64,000 nt of DNA from an uncultured Acidobacteriota bacterium (GCA_963796275.1 CAWCKY010000006.1:160001-224000), one strand, 5' to 3'. Shown: positions 34,217-45,700, counted from the stretch's first letter. The notes: a model not told the origin generated them from the letters alone. Translations and numbers: made by a program.

Positions 34217-37200
34217 ATGAAAGGTTATCGAATTTCCTCGCAACAAAAACGCCTCTGGCTGCTGCCGCAAGGGAGCCCAGCTTATTGCGCTCAGTGCGCC
34301 ATTCTGATCGAAGGGGATCTGCATACCAGGAGTTTAAAGACGGCTCTGGAGAAAGTAATCGCTCGCCACGAGATTCTCCGGACATCTTTTTATCATCCGC
34401 ACGGAATGAAATTCCCGTTTCAGGTTATCGCAGACGAGGGAGCGCCATCGTGGCGGGAGCTTGATTTTAGATGGCTGGGCCCTGATCAACAGGAATCCCA
34501 GCTCGAAGCTCTATTACAGGAAGAATGGGACCGTCCTTTCGTTTTCGAGGATGGCCCACTTCTTCGCGTCTCGCTGCTCGCTCTGTCGGCGGACAGGCAT
34601 GCTCTGCTGATTACACTGCCCTCGCTATGCGCCGACGCAAGGACACTCGAGAACCTGACGCGGGAGATCGGCCATTTCTATGGCGCCTGTTTTCACGACC
34701 GACCGCCGCTCGCAGCGCCGTTGCAGTATGTTGATTACGCCGAATGGCAGCGCGAATTGTCTGAAACGGAAGACGTCGACGCCGCGAATGGCCGCGAATA
34801 TTGGAGCAGGCAGAATATATCTTCCCTGTCCGCGTTGAAGCTTCCTTTTGAGGTCGAGCCGGATAGCGCTGCGAGATTTGTGCCCGGCTCTTTCTCTCTG
34901 AAGATAGATGCAGATTTGGTTGCCGAGCTTGACGCGGCCGCGCTGAAGTGCGGGACCACGGCAGAGGTATTCCTGCTGGCCTGCTGGCAGACGCTGATCT
35001 GGCGGCTCACGGGCGAGCCGGACATTCTTACCAGCCACGTTCGCGACGGCCGAAGAGATAGCGGTCTGCAAGAAGCCTTCGGAGTTTTTGCCAGGAGCCT
35101 GCCGGTCAAATCTCATTTCGCGGAGGATACTTCGTTCAGCGAAATCCTGTCGCAAGTCAATGAGGCTTCGCTCAACAGTTACGAGTGGCAAGACTACCGC
35201 ACCTGGGAAGATCTGCCTGAAGACTCGACGGTCAGCCCAGACTCTCCGTTCGGCTTTGAATTTGTCGAATGGCCCGCGACCAATTCCGCGGTCGGCGTCT
35301 CATTCACGATCCATAAACTGCGCAGCGTCATTCAGCAATTTAAGCTGCGGTTGAGTTGCGCCCGCGCGGGCGTCTCTCTCACCGTCGTCGCGCATTACGA
35401 CCCTGCTCGCTACGAGCGCGAGGATGTCGAACGCCTCGTCCGACACTTCGCCATACTGGTCGGGAGCGCCGCCAGTGCCCCCGACACCCTGGCCACCGAG
35501 CTCGATCTGCTCGGCCCCGATGAGCGGCGACGACTGCTCCTTGAGTTCAATCAAACCGCCGCCGATTATCCCCGCGATCGGCTCATTCATCAGTTGTTCG
35601 AGCGGCAGGCGGCCTGGATTCCCAACCGGACGGCCGTGGTTTGCGCGGGACGGCGGTTGACCTATGCCGAGCTGAACGTGCAGGCCAATCGGCTTGCGCG
35701 CCATCTGCGCCGGCGCGGAGTGGGAGCGGGAGTCCGAGTCGGGCTGTGTGTGGATCGCTCCGTGGAGATGATCGTCGGCATCCTGGCGATCCTTAAAGCC
35801 GGCGGCGCTTACGTGCCGTTGGACGCCGAGCATCCACGATCGCGCCTGGCCGCGCAGTTGGAGGAGATCGCGGCGCCGGTCGTGCTGACGCAGGCGGCGC
35901 TGCTCGAAAAACTGCCTGAGTTCGCGGGCGAGGCGCTGTGTCTGGATCAGGATTGTGAGTTGTGGGCCGAGGAGGCAGAGACTGATCTGGAATGCGTGAC
36001 CGGGCCTGAAGACCCGGTCTATGTGATCTACACGTCTGGTTCGACCGGCGCGCCGAAGGGAGTGGTGGTCCGCCATCGCGGGTTGGTCAATTACACTCAA
36101 TACATCTGCGGGCGGTTAAAACTGGCTGACCCGAAGAACGCTGATGGATTGCGTTTCGCAACGGTCTCGACGATCACGGCGGATTTGGGCAACACATGTG
36201 TCTATCCGTCGCTGATCTCCGGCGGTTGTCTGCACGTGCTGACTATCGAGACGGCGACGGACGGGAGGTTGATGGCGAGCTATGTGGCTAAGTATCCGAT
36301 AGACGTATTGAAGATCGTGCCGTCGCACCTGAATGCGCTGCTGGCGTCGCAGCCCGCGGGGAAGAACATCCTGCCGAGGAAGTATCTGATATTGGGCGGA
36401 GAGGCGTTGTCGCGCGAGTTGGTGGAGCGGATAACCGCTCAGGCGGCCTGGTGCGAGGTGATCAATCACTACGGCCCGACGGAGACGACGGTCGGATCCT
36501 CTGACGGCGACTGTGAGCCAGAAAAAGGCTATGAGACGGGCGACGGCGACGATTCCGATTGGGCGTCCGATAGGGAACACCGAGGTATTCATATTGGACC
36601 GGCATCTGAAGCCAGTCCCGATCGGAGTGGCTGGAGAGTTGTACATCGGCGGTGCGGGCTTGGCGGAAGGATATCTGAATCAGCCTGATCGGACGGCGGA
36701 GCGGTTCGTGAGGAACCCATATTCAAACGATCCTGACGCGAGACTCTACAAGACGGGCGACCTGGTAAGGTATTTGCCGGATGGCCAGGTGGAGTTTCTG
36801 GGTCGGACGGACAATCAGGTGAAGATCCGAGGATACCGGGTGGAGCTGGAAGAGATCGAGGTGATCCTCGGACGACATCCATCTGTGCGGCAGGCGGTAG
36901 TTATAGCGCGGGATGAAGAAGCGGGACGCAAGCGGCTGGTGGGCTATGTGGTCAGGAAGAATGGAAATGTCCCGAGCGCGAGTGAGCTTCAGCGCTATGT
37001 CAGTGAGCGGCTGCCGGATTATATGGCGCCATCCACAATCGTGACCCTGGAATCGTTGCCATTGACGGCGAATGGAAAAGTGGATCGTAAGGCGCTTCCG
37101 GCGCCCGATCAAGCGAGGAGTGAGAGAGAGTACGTCGCGCCGCGCACTCCGACCGAAGAACTGTTGGCGAACATTTGGGCGCAAGTTCTCGGAGTCAACA

Positions 37201-38831
37201 AGGTGGGAATTCACGATAACTTCTTTTCGGCGCTGGGCGGAGATTCGATTCTCAGCATTCAAATCATCGCCAGAGCCAATCAGGCAGGTCTCAAGCTTAC
37301 CCCCAGGATTATTTTCGAGCGTCAGACGGTCGCCGGGTTGGCCGAGGTGGCCGGAGCCGGTGCGACCATTGAGTCGGAGCAAGGCCTGGTGACTGGCGAT
37401 GCTCCGCTCACTCCCATCCAACGCTGGTTCTTCGAGCGAAATTTTACCGACCGGCATCACTGGAATCAGGCTCTGCTGTTTGAAGCGCGACAGGCCATGG
37501 AACCTGCGCTGTTGGAGAAGGTGGTGCGGCGGCTACTTGCGCATCACGACGCGCTTCGATTGCGCTTCGTTAATGAAGACTTGGGATGGCGGCAGTTCAG
37601 CTCCGACCTGGAGGGACCGGCGCCCTTTGCGCATCTAGACCTGTCGTCGCTCTCCGAGTCGGAGCAAAAAACGGCGGTTGAGGTCGCCGCTGCTGCGCTG
37701 CAAGCCAGTATGAACCTGTCGGAAGGGCCGCTCCTGCGGGTCGCCTTCTTCGATCGTGGCAAGGAGAAACCGTGCCGTCTGCTGATAGCCATCCACCATC
37801 TGGCTGTTGACGGCGTGTCGTGGCGAATCCTGCTGGAAGATTTACATACGGGCTATCAGCAGTTGAGTAGCGGGGCGGAATTCAAGTTGCCGCCGAAGAC
37901 GACCTCGTTCAAGCGTTGGGCTGAAAGGTTGGAGGAATACGCGCAGTCGGAAGCTTTACGACAGGAGGCGGCTTACTGGCTGACGGAGTCTAGCAAACGA
38001 GTCCGCCGCCTGCCGGTGGATTTTCCTGGGGGCGCTAACACCGTGGATTCATCCGCTACAGTGACGGTTTCGCTCAGCCAGGAGGAGACGCGAGCGCTGT
38101 TGCATCAGGCGCCGGAAGCTTACCGCACTCAGATCAATGAGGTGCTGCTGGCCGCTCTGGCGCAAGGCTTCGCCCGGTGGACCGGAGCGCGCTCTCTGCT
38201 GATAGACCTGGAGGGACATGGGCGTGAAGAGATCATCGAGGATGTAGTCCTCTGGCGAACGGTTGGCTGGTTCACTACCCACTTTCCGGTATTACTCGAT
38301 CTTGGGATTAGCGCTGATCCGGGCGCTGCCTTGAAGATAATAAAAGAGCGACTACGGGCCGTTCCGAACCACGGGATTGGGTATGGTGTGTTGCGCTACC
38401 TTAGCAGGAAGGAGGAGATCGTTGAGCCGCTGCGAGCGGCGCCTCAACCCGAGGTGAGTTTCAATTACCTGGGTCAGTTCGATCAGGCTTTGCCCGACAC
38501 CTCTCCGTTCCGGCCGGCCGGTGAATCCATTGGCCCTCTCCAAAGCTCAGGGGGAGAACGCAGCCACCTGCTCTATTTCAGTGGAAACGTAGCAGGGGGG
38601 CAGATGCGCCTGACCTGCATCTACAGCCGCAACCTTTATCGCAGCGCCACGATTGAAGAGTTGACCGGGAACATCGTGGACGCGCTTCGATCGATCATCA
38701 CTCATTGCCAGTCGGCTGAAGCGGGCGGCTTTACGCCTTCCGACTTTACGCTGGCGAGACTGGATGAGCGGAAGCTGGATCGAATATCCAGCCTTCTTGA
38801 TGAAATTGATGACATGCAGGAAGCAGAGTGA
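34217..38831 (+). CDS. NRPS5: interface C* - A(Asp) - T - E (+1 frameshift at ~36499)
   Basis: ORFs 34217..36688 and 36513..38831 join just after NHYGPTETTVGS. LPSLCAD motif; code DLTKIGHVGK; GGDSI T domain; E domain HHLAVDGVSW; ends with an FTPSDF COM-like tail. Confidence 0.9.
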
Positions 38832-38894
38832 GAATAAATAACGTTTGAACAGTGCCGCGAGCGTAAGCAAGCGGTCAAATATCAGGAGGAAGGA

Positions 38895-40406
38895 ATGGTT
38901 CGCTTGACAAAATTAAGTTTCGGATTGGTTATCGGTTTAGTCCTATCTTTCGCCGGCTCTCCGCCCATTACTTCATCGAGCGCTTCGCAGGGCAGCGGAG
39001 TGATAGTAGTGAGTCCATTGTCCCATGATTTCGGCAGTATAGTGGAGCAAGTCCAGGAAGTAACCGGCGTGATTGAGGTGCTAAACGATGGGCCTTCAAA
39101 CCTGGTGGTGAATGAGCTTAGGATGGTGGGGCAGAACCCGATGGAGTTTCATTTTCTCGCCCAATGGCCGTTCACCTTGGCCCCGGGAGACCGACGCCAA
39201 ATTATAGTCAGCTTCGCGCCGACTTCTACAGGTCAAAAGGGGGCGGTGTTGCAGATCAGGAGCAGCGCCACGAACCAGGCGCAGGTGGATGTGCAGTTGA
39301 GTGGCAACGGTCTCAGTCTGGAGGGTTTGGGGCGGATTACTGCGTCAGCAACTTCAAACGTATCTAATCCGACCCCGGGCTCCTCGATTACGGTTGATGT
39401 CCGTGTTGATATGCGTGAGGCTAACCCGCCTGCTGATCTACTTCAATCCTACCAGGCCAGCCTGTCTTGGGATCCTGCGGTGTTGGATTTTCACGGATTT
39501 TCTCAAGGGGAACAGCCCTGGAGCAGTCCCGTGTCGATCAGTCAGTCAAGCGGCAATGCAACATGGCATGACGTAGCAACCGCCGCGGTGGGTGGTACGT
39601 TTTTGATTCTTCAACTCAAGTTCAGCGTGATTGGAGGGGCAGGTTCCAGCACTAACCTGAACCTGGAATTTTCGAGAATGGAAGGTAAAGATGTCGAGAG
39701 GCTTCTCCCCCTCTTAACCACTTCGGGTAGCACGGTCACGATATCGGCTCAGGCCGGTCCCCCGGACATCGCGGTTACTCCCGCCTCTTTCACTTACGGC
39801 GTTGTGACTGTCGGAGCGAGCAGCTTCCAGACATTTGTGGTCAGGAACGACGGCGCGCAGAGCTTGACGGTCAGTTCAACGGCGCTGGGAGGGCTGCATG
39901 CGAACCAGTTTTCGATCGAAATCGGAGGCGGATCATTCGTCTTGGCTCCCGGCGGGAGTCGAGAGGTGGTGATCGGTTTTAAACCGACTCGGACTGGGGC
40001 GAAGATGGCATTTTTGAACATCAGCAGCAATGATCCGGATGAACACACGTTCACCGTGACGTTGAACGGTAACGTTTCCGCGCCCGACATAGAGGCCACA
40101 CCATCCTCTCTCGCCTTCGGTAACGTGGTGGCAGGTTTACTCGTGACTAGGACTTTTACGGTGCGTAATCGAGGTACGGGCCTTCTTATTCTATCTATGT
40201 TCCAATTGGATGGGCATCAGCTTCAGTTCTCCTTCAATACCGCTACGCCAGTTATCCTGGGGCCAGGGAGTAGCAGGAACATCGTGATCAATTTCCACCC
40301 GAGCACAGTAGGAGCGAAGACCGCCGTTTTTGTTATAAGCTCGAATGACCCAGATGAGGGCACAGTCGAAATCCCGCTGAGCGGTAATGGAGTGACTGGT
40401 CAGTAG
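38895..40406 (+). CDS. Secreted protein with three ASH/choice-of-anchor-D Ig-like repeats and a cohesin-like domain
   Basis: N-terminal signal-like hydrophobic stretch; three repeats of the pattern P.S..(F/Y)G.....V.N.G...L...PG......F.PT..G.K.A, two of them ending SNDPDE; central domain with a LSWDPAVLDF cohesin-like motif; RBS aggagg. Confidence 0.75.
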   Translation: MVRLTKLSFGLVIGLVLSFAGSPPITSSSASQGSGVIVVSPLSHDFGSIVEQVQEVTGVIEVLNDGPSNLVVNELRMVGQNPMEFHFLAQWPFTLAPGDRRQIIVSFAPTSTGQKGAVLQIRSSATNQAQVDVQLSGNGLSLEGLGRITASATSNVSNPTPGSSITVDVRVDMREANPPADLLQSYQASLSWDPAVLDFHGFSQGEQPWSSPVSISQSSGNATWHDVATAAVGGTFLILQLKFSVIGGAGSSTNLNLEFSRMEGKDVERLLPLLTTSGSTVTISAQAGPPDIAVTPASFTYGVVTVGASSFQTFVVRNDGAQSLTVSSTALGGLHANQFSIEIGGGSFVLAPGGSREVVIGFKPTRTGAKMAFLNISSNDPDEHTFTVTLNGNVSAPDIEATPSSLAFGNVVAGLLVTRTFTVRNRGTGLLILSMFQLDGHQLQFSFNTATPVILGPGSSRNIVINFHPSTVGAKTAVFVISSNDPDEGTVEIPLSGNGVTGQ

Positions 40407-40407
40407 C

Positions 40408-40801
40408 TAGTACTGTGGAAACAAAGTTTTTGATGTTTAAATGACGCTTCAAGTTCGAAACAGTACCGCGAGCAGTAGCGATCATGTCTCAATCAACTGA
40501 AGCGTGTGCAAATTAAAATCCAACAGAATCAATAGTCTCGCATCTCAGCGCCGGAGGCGCGTAATGTCTATAGCTCACGATCCTAACCATAACCTGAGCT
40601 CCGGAGGAGCGATATATGAATGCCTACATGTCGCTCCTCCGGAGCTCGTGAAACTTTGGTGATCGAATACTATAAATATCCCGCGCCTCTGGCGCTTAGG
40701 TCCGAAAATACTGATTCAAATTATCTTTTATTTGCACAGTCTTCATTCAACTGGCTCGGGTACAACGCTCGCTACCGCTCGCGGTACCGATTCGAACTTG
40801 A
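40408..40801. mobile_element. Nested REP/MITE-like element A, copy 1
   Basis: Outer ~33-bp inverted arms (40449..40481 / 40769..40801) enclose an inner unit bounded by TGTGCAAAT / ATTTGCACA that contains GAGCTCCGGAGGAGCGA / TCGCTCCTCCGGAGCTC; repeated at 44113..44501. Confidence 0.8.
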
Positions 40802-40810
40802 CTCCCCGTC

Positions 40811-41222
40811 TATTGATATTCAGTTTGGTCGTTTAACGCCCATGCCGAATTGCTGCGTAGCGGCAGGGATGAGTCTAATCGGGCGTTTCAACGCCGGCAC
40901 CGGCATTCTTCGCCGCGTTAGCGGCGATTGAGTGTAGCCGTGGGTTTCAACCCACGGTAGACACGTGAGATTGTCCCCGCGTCGCGTCAGCGACGCTTGA
41001 CTCAACCGTCGCTGACGCGACGGGGAGCGTTTTCCTGGATTTCCGTGCGTTAAAACGCACGGCTACATTCACGCCGTCGCTACGCGACGAAGAAGGTGAA
41101 TATTTCGTACGAAAGTTTGGGCAATGATAAGGCGTTGAAACGCCGGGCTATATCCATAGCATCGCGTCGCGGCGGAAGCGGAGCAGGCAATCTTTGTAAA
41201 ACCGATTGCCTGAAGCCCAATA
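40811..41222. mobile_element. MITE-like element B, copy 1, with internal GTAG-type REP doublet
   Basis: Ends TATTGATATTCAG / CTGAAGCCCAATA; internal GTAGCCGTGGGTTTCAACCCACGG...CCGTGCGTTAAAACGCACGGCTAC (40934..41066) with CGTCGCGTCAGCGACG / CGTCGCTGACGCGACG. Confidence 0.8.
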
Positions 41223-41400
41223 AAACATCAAATAACTTAATTTACAAGAGTTTCTAGTACTTGCAAGAGCAGGAAAGCAAAAGGGCAAAAAAGGGGAGAC
41301 CTTCTCCCTTTCTTGCCCTTTTTGCTTCTCACGCTTCGGTTGTTTCATCCCCTGATGAAAATGAGGGTGAGTTTGAAGTCTTTGCAGGAGAGGCATCGCA

Positions 41401-43806
41401 ATGAAGAACGTTGAAGATATCTACCCTCTGTCGCCCGTGCAACAAGGGATGCTCTTCCATGCCGTGTATGATCCGAAGGGAGGCATGTATCTGGAGCAAA
41501 AGACCTGTACTTTGCACGGCGACCTTGATGTTACGTCATTTGAACGCGCCTGGCAGCGCGTGGTAGAGCGGCATCCAGTTTTACGGACTGCCTTTGTATG
41601 GCGAGGATTGGATGAACCGATGCAGGTTGTCCGCCATAAGGTAAAACTGTCCTGGACGCGGGAAGATTGGCGCAGGCTTTCGCCGGAGGAGCAGCAGGCG
41701 CAGTCGTCGGCTTTCCTGCAAATGGATCGAACGCAGGGCCTGGAACTATCCAAGGCTCCGCTGATGCGTCTGGCATTATTCCGTTTGGCTGATGACGCTT
41801 ACCAATTTACCTGGACTCACCACCACATACTTCTGGATGGATGGTCCATGCCCACCCTCTTTAAGGAAGTCTTCGCTTTTTATGAAGCGTTCCGGCAGGG
41901 CGCCGACCTGCACATGGAAAAGAGCCGTCCCTACCGGGACTACATCGCCTGGTTGCAGCATCAGGACCTCTCGCAAGCCGAGGCTTTCTGGCGGAATGAG
42001 CTTAAAGGCTTCACCACCCCAACTCCCTTGTGGGTTAGCCGGGATGGGTCGTCTGGCGATGATGAGATCTACGGCGAGCAACACTTGACATTATCCGAGC
42101 AGGAGACATTCGCTCTGCAGTCTTTGACGCAGCGGCATCAACTCACCATGAACACTCTGGTTCAGGGAGCTTGGGGGCTGCTCCTAAGCTGTTATAGCCG
42201 GCAAAAAGACGTGGTCTTTGGCTCTACCGTATCCGGACGTCCGGCTGAACTAGCCGGGGTCGAAACGATATTCGGGATATTCATCAATACCCTTCCTGTG
42301 CGAGTGCGGATAACAGCTCAGGCTCCACTACTACCATGGCTCAAGGAACTCCAGGCCCGGCAGGTCGAGATGAGGCAGTACGAGTATAGCCCGCTGGCGC
42401 AGGTTCAGGGCTGGAGCGAGGCGCCAAGGGGGCGCCCACTGTTCGAGAGCATTCTGGTGTTTGAGAACTACCCTGTAAATGGAGCCTCGGATGGGCAGAG
42501 TCCAAGCCTCAAGATAAGGAATTTTCAGGATCTCGCGAAGTTGAATTACCCGCTTGTGGTCAAAGCGTGGCTGAGTGCAACGCTCTCGTTGGGAACATTG
42601 CACGATGGCTATCTCTTTGACGACGCAACCATCGCTCGACTGCTGCGATGTTTGAAAATGCTTCTCAACAGCATGGCTGCCCGGCCCGAAGCCCAGCTTG
42701 GCGAACTAGAAAAAATCGTTATGGAAACGGAAAGGGGAGAGCGAGTTATGGAACAGAGAAAACGCAAAGAGGCCAATCTGGCGAGTTTCAGGCAGGTCAC
42801 GCCCAGGGCTGTCGGCCTGTCACGAGAAGAGGTGGTCAAGACCGGTTATCTAAAAGCCGATCAAACCTTCCCGCTGGTAATACAACCCGCGCTGGAAGAT
42901 ATCGATCTGGCGGACTGGGCCAAAGGCAACCTGAAATTTATCGAAGCGGAATTGCTGAAGCATGGCAGCATTCTTTTTCGCGGATTCGGCGTGAACTCGA
43001 CATCCGAGTTCGAGAGATTCGCATCGGCGATTCGCCCGGATCTGTTCGGCGAATACGGAGACCTGCCTCGCGAGGGAGTCAGCGACAAAGTCTACAAATC
43101 AACCCCTTACCCCGAGAACAAGACGATTCTGTTTCATAACGAAGGCTCGCACACGGACCGCTGGCCGATGAAGCAATGGTTTTACTGTGTGAAACCGGCG
43201 CAGGTGGGAGGAGAAACGCCGATCGTTGATTGTCGAAAGGTTTACCAGCGCCTCGATCCGAGGATCGTGGAAAACTTTAGGCGAAGGAAGCTGAGGTACG
43301 TCCGAAATTTCCACGAAGGCCTGGATGTGAGTTGGCAGACCTTCTTTCGCACAACCGAGCGGGCAGTGGTCGAGCAGGGCCTCCTCGCTCATTCGACGGA
43401 GTTTGAATGGACCAGCGACGGTGGGCTGCGTACCTATCAGATCAGTCCGGGCGTAGCCAGACACCCTAAGACGGGTGAAATGTCCTTCTTCAATCAGGTC
43501 CAGTTGCACCACATGGCTTTCCTGGATCCCGCGCTTCGTCACTCCGTCGAGTCTCTATTCAAGCCTGAATGGTTTCCGCGCAATGTCTCTTACGGTGACG
43601 GCTCTCCGATTGAGGATTCAGTTATGGAAGAGATTCTATCTGTGTACTGGGATACGGCGGTAGCCTTCCCCTGGAGTAAGGGAGACGTGTTGATGAATGA
43701 CAACATGCTGGTCGCGCACGCGCGCAACCCGTTTCAGGGGGAGCGGAAGATCGTGGTGGCGATGGCGGAAATGATGACGATTGATGATCTCCGCGATTCC
43801 TATTGA
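41401..43806 (+). CDS. NRPS6: C(D-donor type) - TauD fusion (integrated beta-hydroxylase), no A or T domain
   Basis: IYPLSPVQQG and HHILLDGWS C domain followed by HGSILFRG, ILFHNEGSH, GGETPIVD, FFNQVQL and DNMLVAHAR dioxygenase motifs. Confidence 0.92.
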   Translation: MKNVEDIYPLSPVQQGMLFHAVYDPKGGMYLEQKTCTLHGDLDVTSFERAWQRVVERHPVLRTAFVWRGLDEPMQVVRHKVKLSWTREDWRRLSPEEQQAQSSAFLQMDRTQGLELSKAPLMRLALFRLADDAYQFTWTHHHILLDGWSMPTLFKEVFAFYEAFRQGADLHMEKSRPYRDYIAWLQHQDLSQAEAFWRNELKGFTTPTPLWVSRDGSSGDDEIYGEQHLTLSEQETFALQSLTQRHQLTMNTLVQGAWGLLLSCYSRQKDVVFGSTVSGRPAELAGVETIFGIFINTLPVRVRITAQAPLLPWLKELQARQVEMRQYEYSPLAQVQGWSEAPRGRPLFESILVFENYPVNGASDGQSPSLKIRNFQDLAKLNYPLVVKAWLSATLSLGTLHDGYLFDDATIARLLRCLKMLLNSMAARPEAQLGELEKIVMETERGERVMEQRKRKEANLASFRQVTPRAVGLSREEVVKTGYLKADQTFPLVIQPALEDIDLADWAKGNLKFIEAELLKHGSILFRGFGVNSTSEFERFASAIRPDLFGEYGDLPREGVSDKVYKSTPYPENKTILFHNEGSHTDRWPMKQWFYCVKPAQVGGETPIVDCRKVYQRLDPRIVENFRRRKLRYVRNFHEGLDVSWQTFFRTTERAVVEQGLLAHSTEFEWTSDGGLRTYQISPGVARHPKTGEMSFFNQVQLHHMAFLDPALRHSVESLFKPEWFPRNVSYGDGSPIEDSVMEEILSVYWDTAVAFPWSKGDVLMNDNMLVAHARNPFQGERKIVVAMAEMMTIDDLRDSY

Positions 43807-44046
43807 CATTCAGTTCGGTCGTTTTAATGCCCATGCCGAATTGCCGCGTAGCGGCAGGGATGAGTCTTATCCGGCGTTCAACGCTGCACGGGCATCCATC
43901 GTCGCTACGCGACGAAGAAGGTGTACATTTCGTGCGAAAGTTTGGATATAAGAAGGCGTTGAAATGCTGGGTTACATCCATAGCATCGCGATGGGGCGGA
44001 ATCGAAGCAGACAATCTTTGATAATCCGATTGCCTGAAACTCAATA
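43801..44046. mobile_element. MITE-like element B, copy 2 (lacks the internal REP doublet)
   Basis: Aligns to both ends of 40811..41222; ends TATTGACATTCAG / CTGAAACTCAATA. Confidence 0.8.
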
Positions 44047-44112
44047 CATCGGAACAACCAAAAGAGGAAGAGCTGTTAGTCTGTTTTAAACCAAGCCAGA
44101 AACATAACAGCT

Positions 44113-44501
44113 TAGTACTCTGTAAACAAAGTTATTTGATGTTTCAATGCGCGCTTCAAGTTCGAAACAGTACCGCGAGCGGTAGCGAGCTTGTCTCAAT
44201 CAAACTGAAACGTGTGCAAATTAAAATCCAACAGAATCAATAGTCTCGCATCTCAGCGCCGGAGGCGCGTAATGTCTATAGCTCACGATCCTAACCATAC
44301 CTGAGCTCCGGAGGAGCGACATCTGATTGCCTACATGTCGCTCCTCCGGAGCTCGTGAGACTTTGGTGATCGAATACTATAAATATCCCGCGCCTCTGGC
44401 GCTCAGGACCGAAAATGCTGATTCCAATTATCTTTTATTTGCACAGTCTTCAATCAACTAGCTCGGGTACAACACTTGCTACCGTTCTCGGCACTGTTTC
44501 G
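44113..44501. mobile_element. Nested REP/MITE-like element A, copy 2
   Basis: High-identity direct repeat of 40408..40801. Confidence 0.8.
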
Positions 44502-44693
44502 TCGATTATCGAGAAACTTAGTTAACAGGTTACTCAGCTTATAGCGATTTTCAGTTACGCGGAGAATTATGGGATGGCGGGGTCTTTAGCATCAGCCCAG
44601 TCTGCATGCGCGACGCCGTACTCTAAAGGCTCTGCCATGCTACGACATACTTATTCACCAGAAAACTGCAGTTAGGGTAAGGGTGAGAGTGTT

Positions 44694-45671
44694 ATGCAAG
44701 CTTTACAAGTAGTTGAATTGAAGTCTTTTTCGAAGTTGCAAGTAAGCAATGCTATCGAATCCGTCCAGAGATTTTTCACCAACCCAGTTCCGGCCAATTT
44801 GATGAAAGCGTTCCGGATTTTCTTCGCGTGTCATATCTTTTTACAAAGTTTAAAGCTCTCTTGGGTACCATTTGGTATTAGCAGCCGGATCGTATTATTC
44901 GTGCAATTGGCGGCGCTTGCCGCTGTCTTCGCAAATTTTCACAGACGACTCTACTATCCTGGCCTCCTTTTGTTGTTGTTGCTTAAGTTATATGGAGTTG
45001 CCTATAAATTTCCAATGACAGCGAACCATCATTTTCTGGAGTTGTACGTGCTCCTTTTTCTGCTGTTGTGGCCTGATCGATCGATTGGTCAAGGGACCGA
45101 CAAACAAGAGACGAAACAAGTGAGTAGCGAATCTTGTCATCTCGCTCGGTTACTCGTCCTATCCGTTTATTTCTTCGCCGGTATCCAAAAACTTATTCAT
45201 GGAATCTGGCTTAACGGAGAATACCTTGCCCATAGCCTTATTGAGGTAACCAACGGCACACTTCTTACCACGCAATATATGCTTAGATTTATCGCGAGTA
45301 TTTCGGGATCACCGCTTGTTGAAATACCGCTCAACCTATCTCTGGACGCGCATATGGTCATGATAACGATTCCGAGCTGGGTAGTTGTTTATTTTCTTGG
45401 CATGAGTTGGGTTACGATCGCAAGTGAGATTGCTATTCCGCTGCTTGTCGTGTTCCGCCGGACCCGGAAAATCGGCCTGCGCTTGATGCTCGTTCTGACA
45501 ATAATTATTGGCCTCCTCGCTTTCGAAACGGAATTTATGTTTGCATCGGTTGGTTGCGCCCTTCTATTTTTCCACGACAAGGGGATACGTAACTACAGCA
45601 TGTTACTGGCAGCCCATATAGTTTGGTCGCTGTCTCTTCTATTCGCGGGCGTTCGCGTTGGAACGTTATAG
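44694..45671 (+). CDS. HTTM / vitamin-K-dependent gamma-carboxylase-like integral membrane protein
   Basis: Multiple hydrophobic helices; ANHHFL, LSVYFFAGIQKL...WLNGE and EIAIPLLVVFRRTRKIG segments match, by eye, the HTTM pattern NHxYL / VYFxAGxxKL..W..G / xxxFLL..xxTR. Confidence 0.7.
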   Translation: MQALQVVELKSFSKLQVSNAIESVQRFFTNPVPANLMKAFRIFFACHIFLQSLKLSWVPFGISSRIVLFVQLAALAAVFANFHRRLYYPGLLLLLLLKLYGVAYKFPMTANHHFLELYVLLFLLLWPDRSIGQGTDKQETKQVSSESCHLARLLVLSVYFFAGIQKLIHGIWLNGEYLAHSLIEVTNGTLLTTQYMLRFIASISGSPLVEIPLNLSLDAHMVMITIPSWVVVYFLGMSWVTIASEIAIPLLVVFRRTRKIGLRLMLVLTIIIGLLAFETEFMFASVGCALLFFHDKGIRNYSMLLAAHIVWSLSLLFAGVRVGTL

Positions 45672-45700
45672 TAACGAGCATTTAGCAAAGGCAGGTACTT

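Noticed and set aside
29-38831. Assignment as a calcium-dependent lipopeptide, or firmly as a siderophore
   Set aside because: The predicted order has no Asp-X-Asp-Gly motif, and no TonB receptor, hydroxamate or catechol genes or clear Fur box are seen. Metal chelation by beta-hydroxy-Asp remains possible but is not supported further here.
40620-41005. Small ORFs 40620..40931, 40820..41005 and 43803..44021
   Set aside because: They lie entirely within palindromic repeat elements and their frames are not preserved between copies.
41270-41330. Purine/pyrimidine inverted tracts (also 7850..7883 and a half site at 46350..46395) as terminators
   Set aside because: They are imperfect short-unit repeats without a clear stem plus U-tract, so a terminator call cannot be supported.
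40408-44501. Possible CRISPR array
   Set aside because: The repeats are inverted and nested, with no regular repeat-spacer periodicity and no cas genes.
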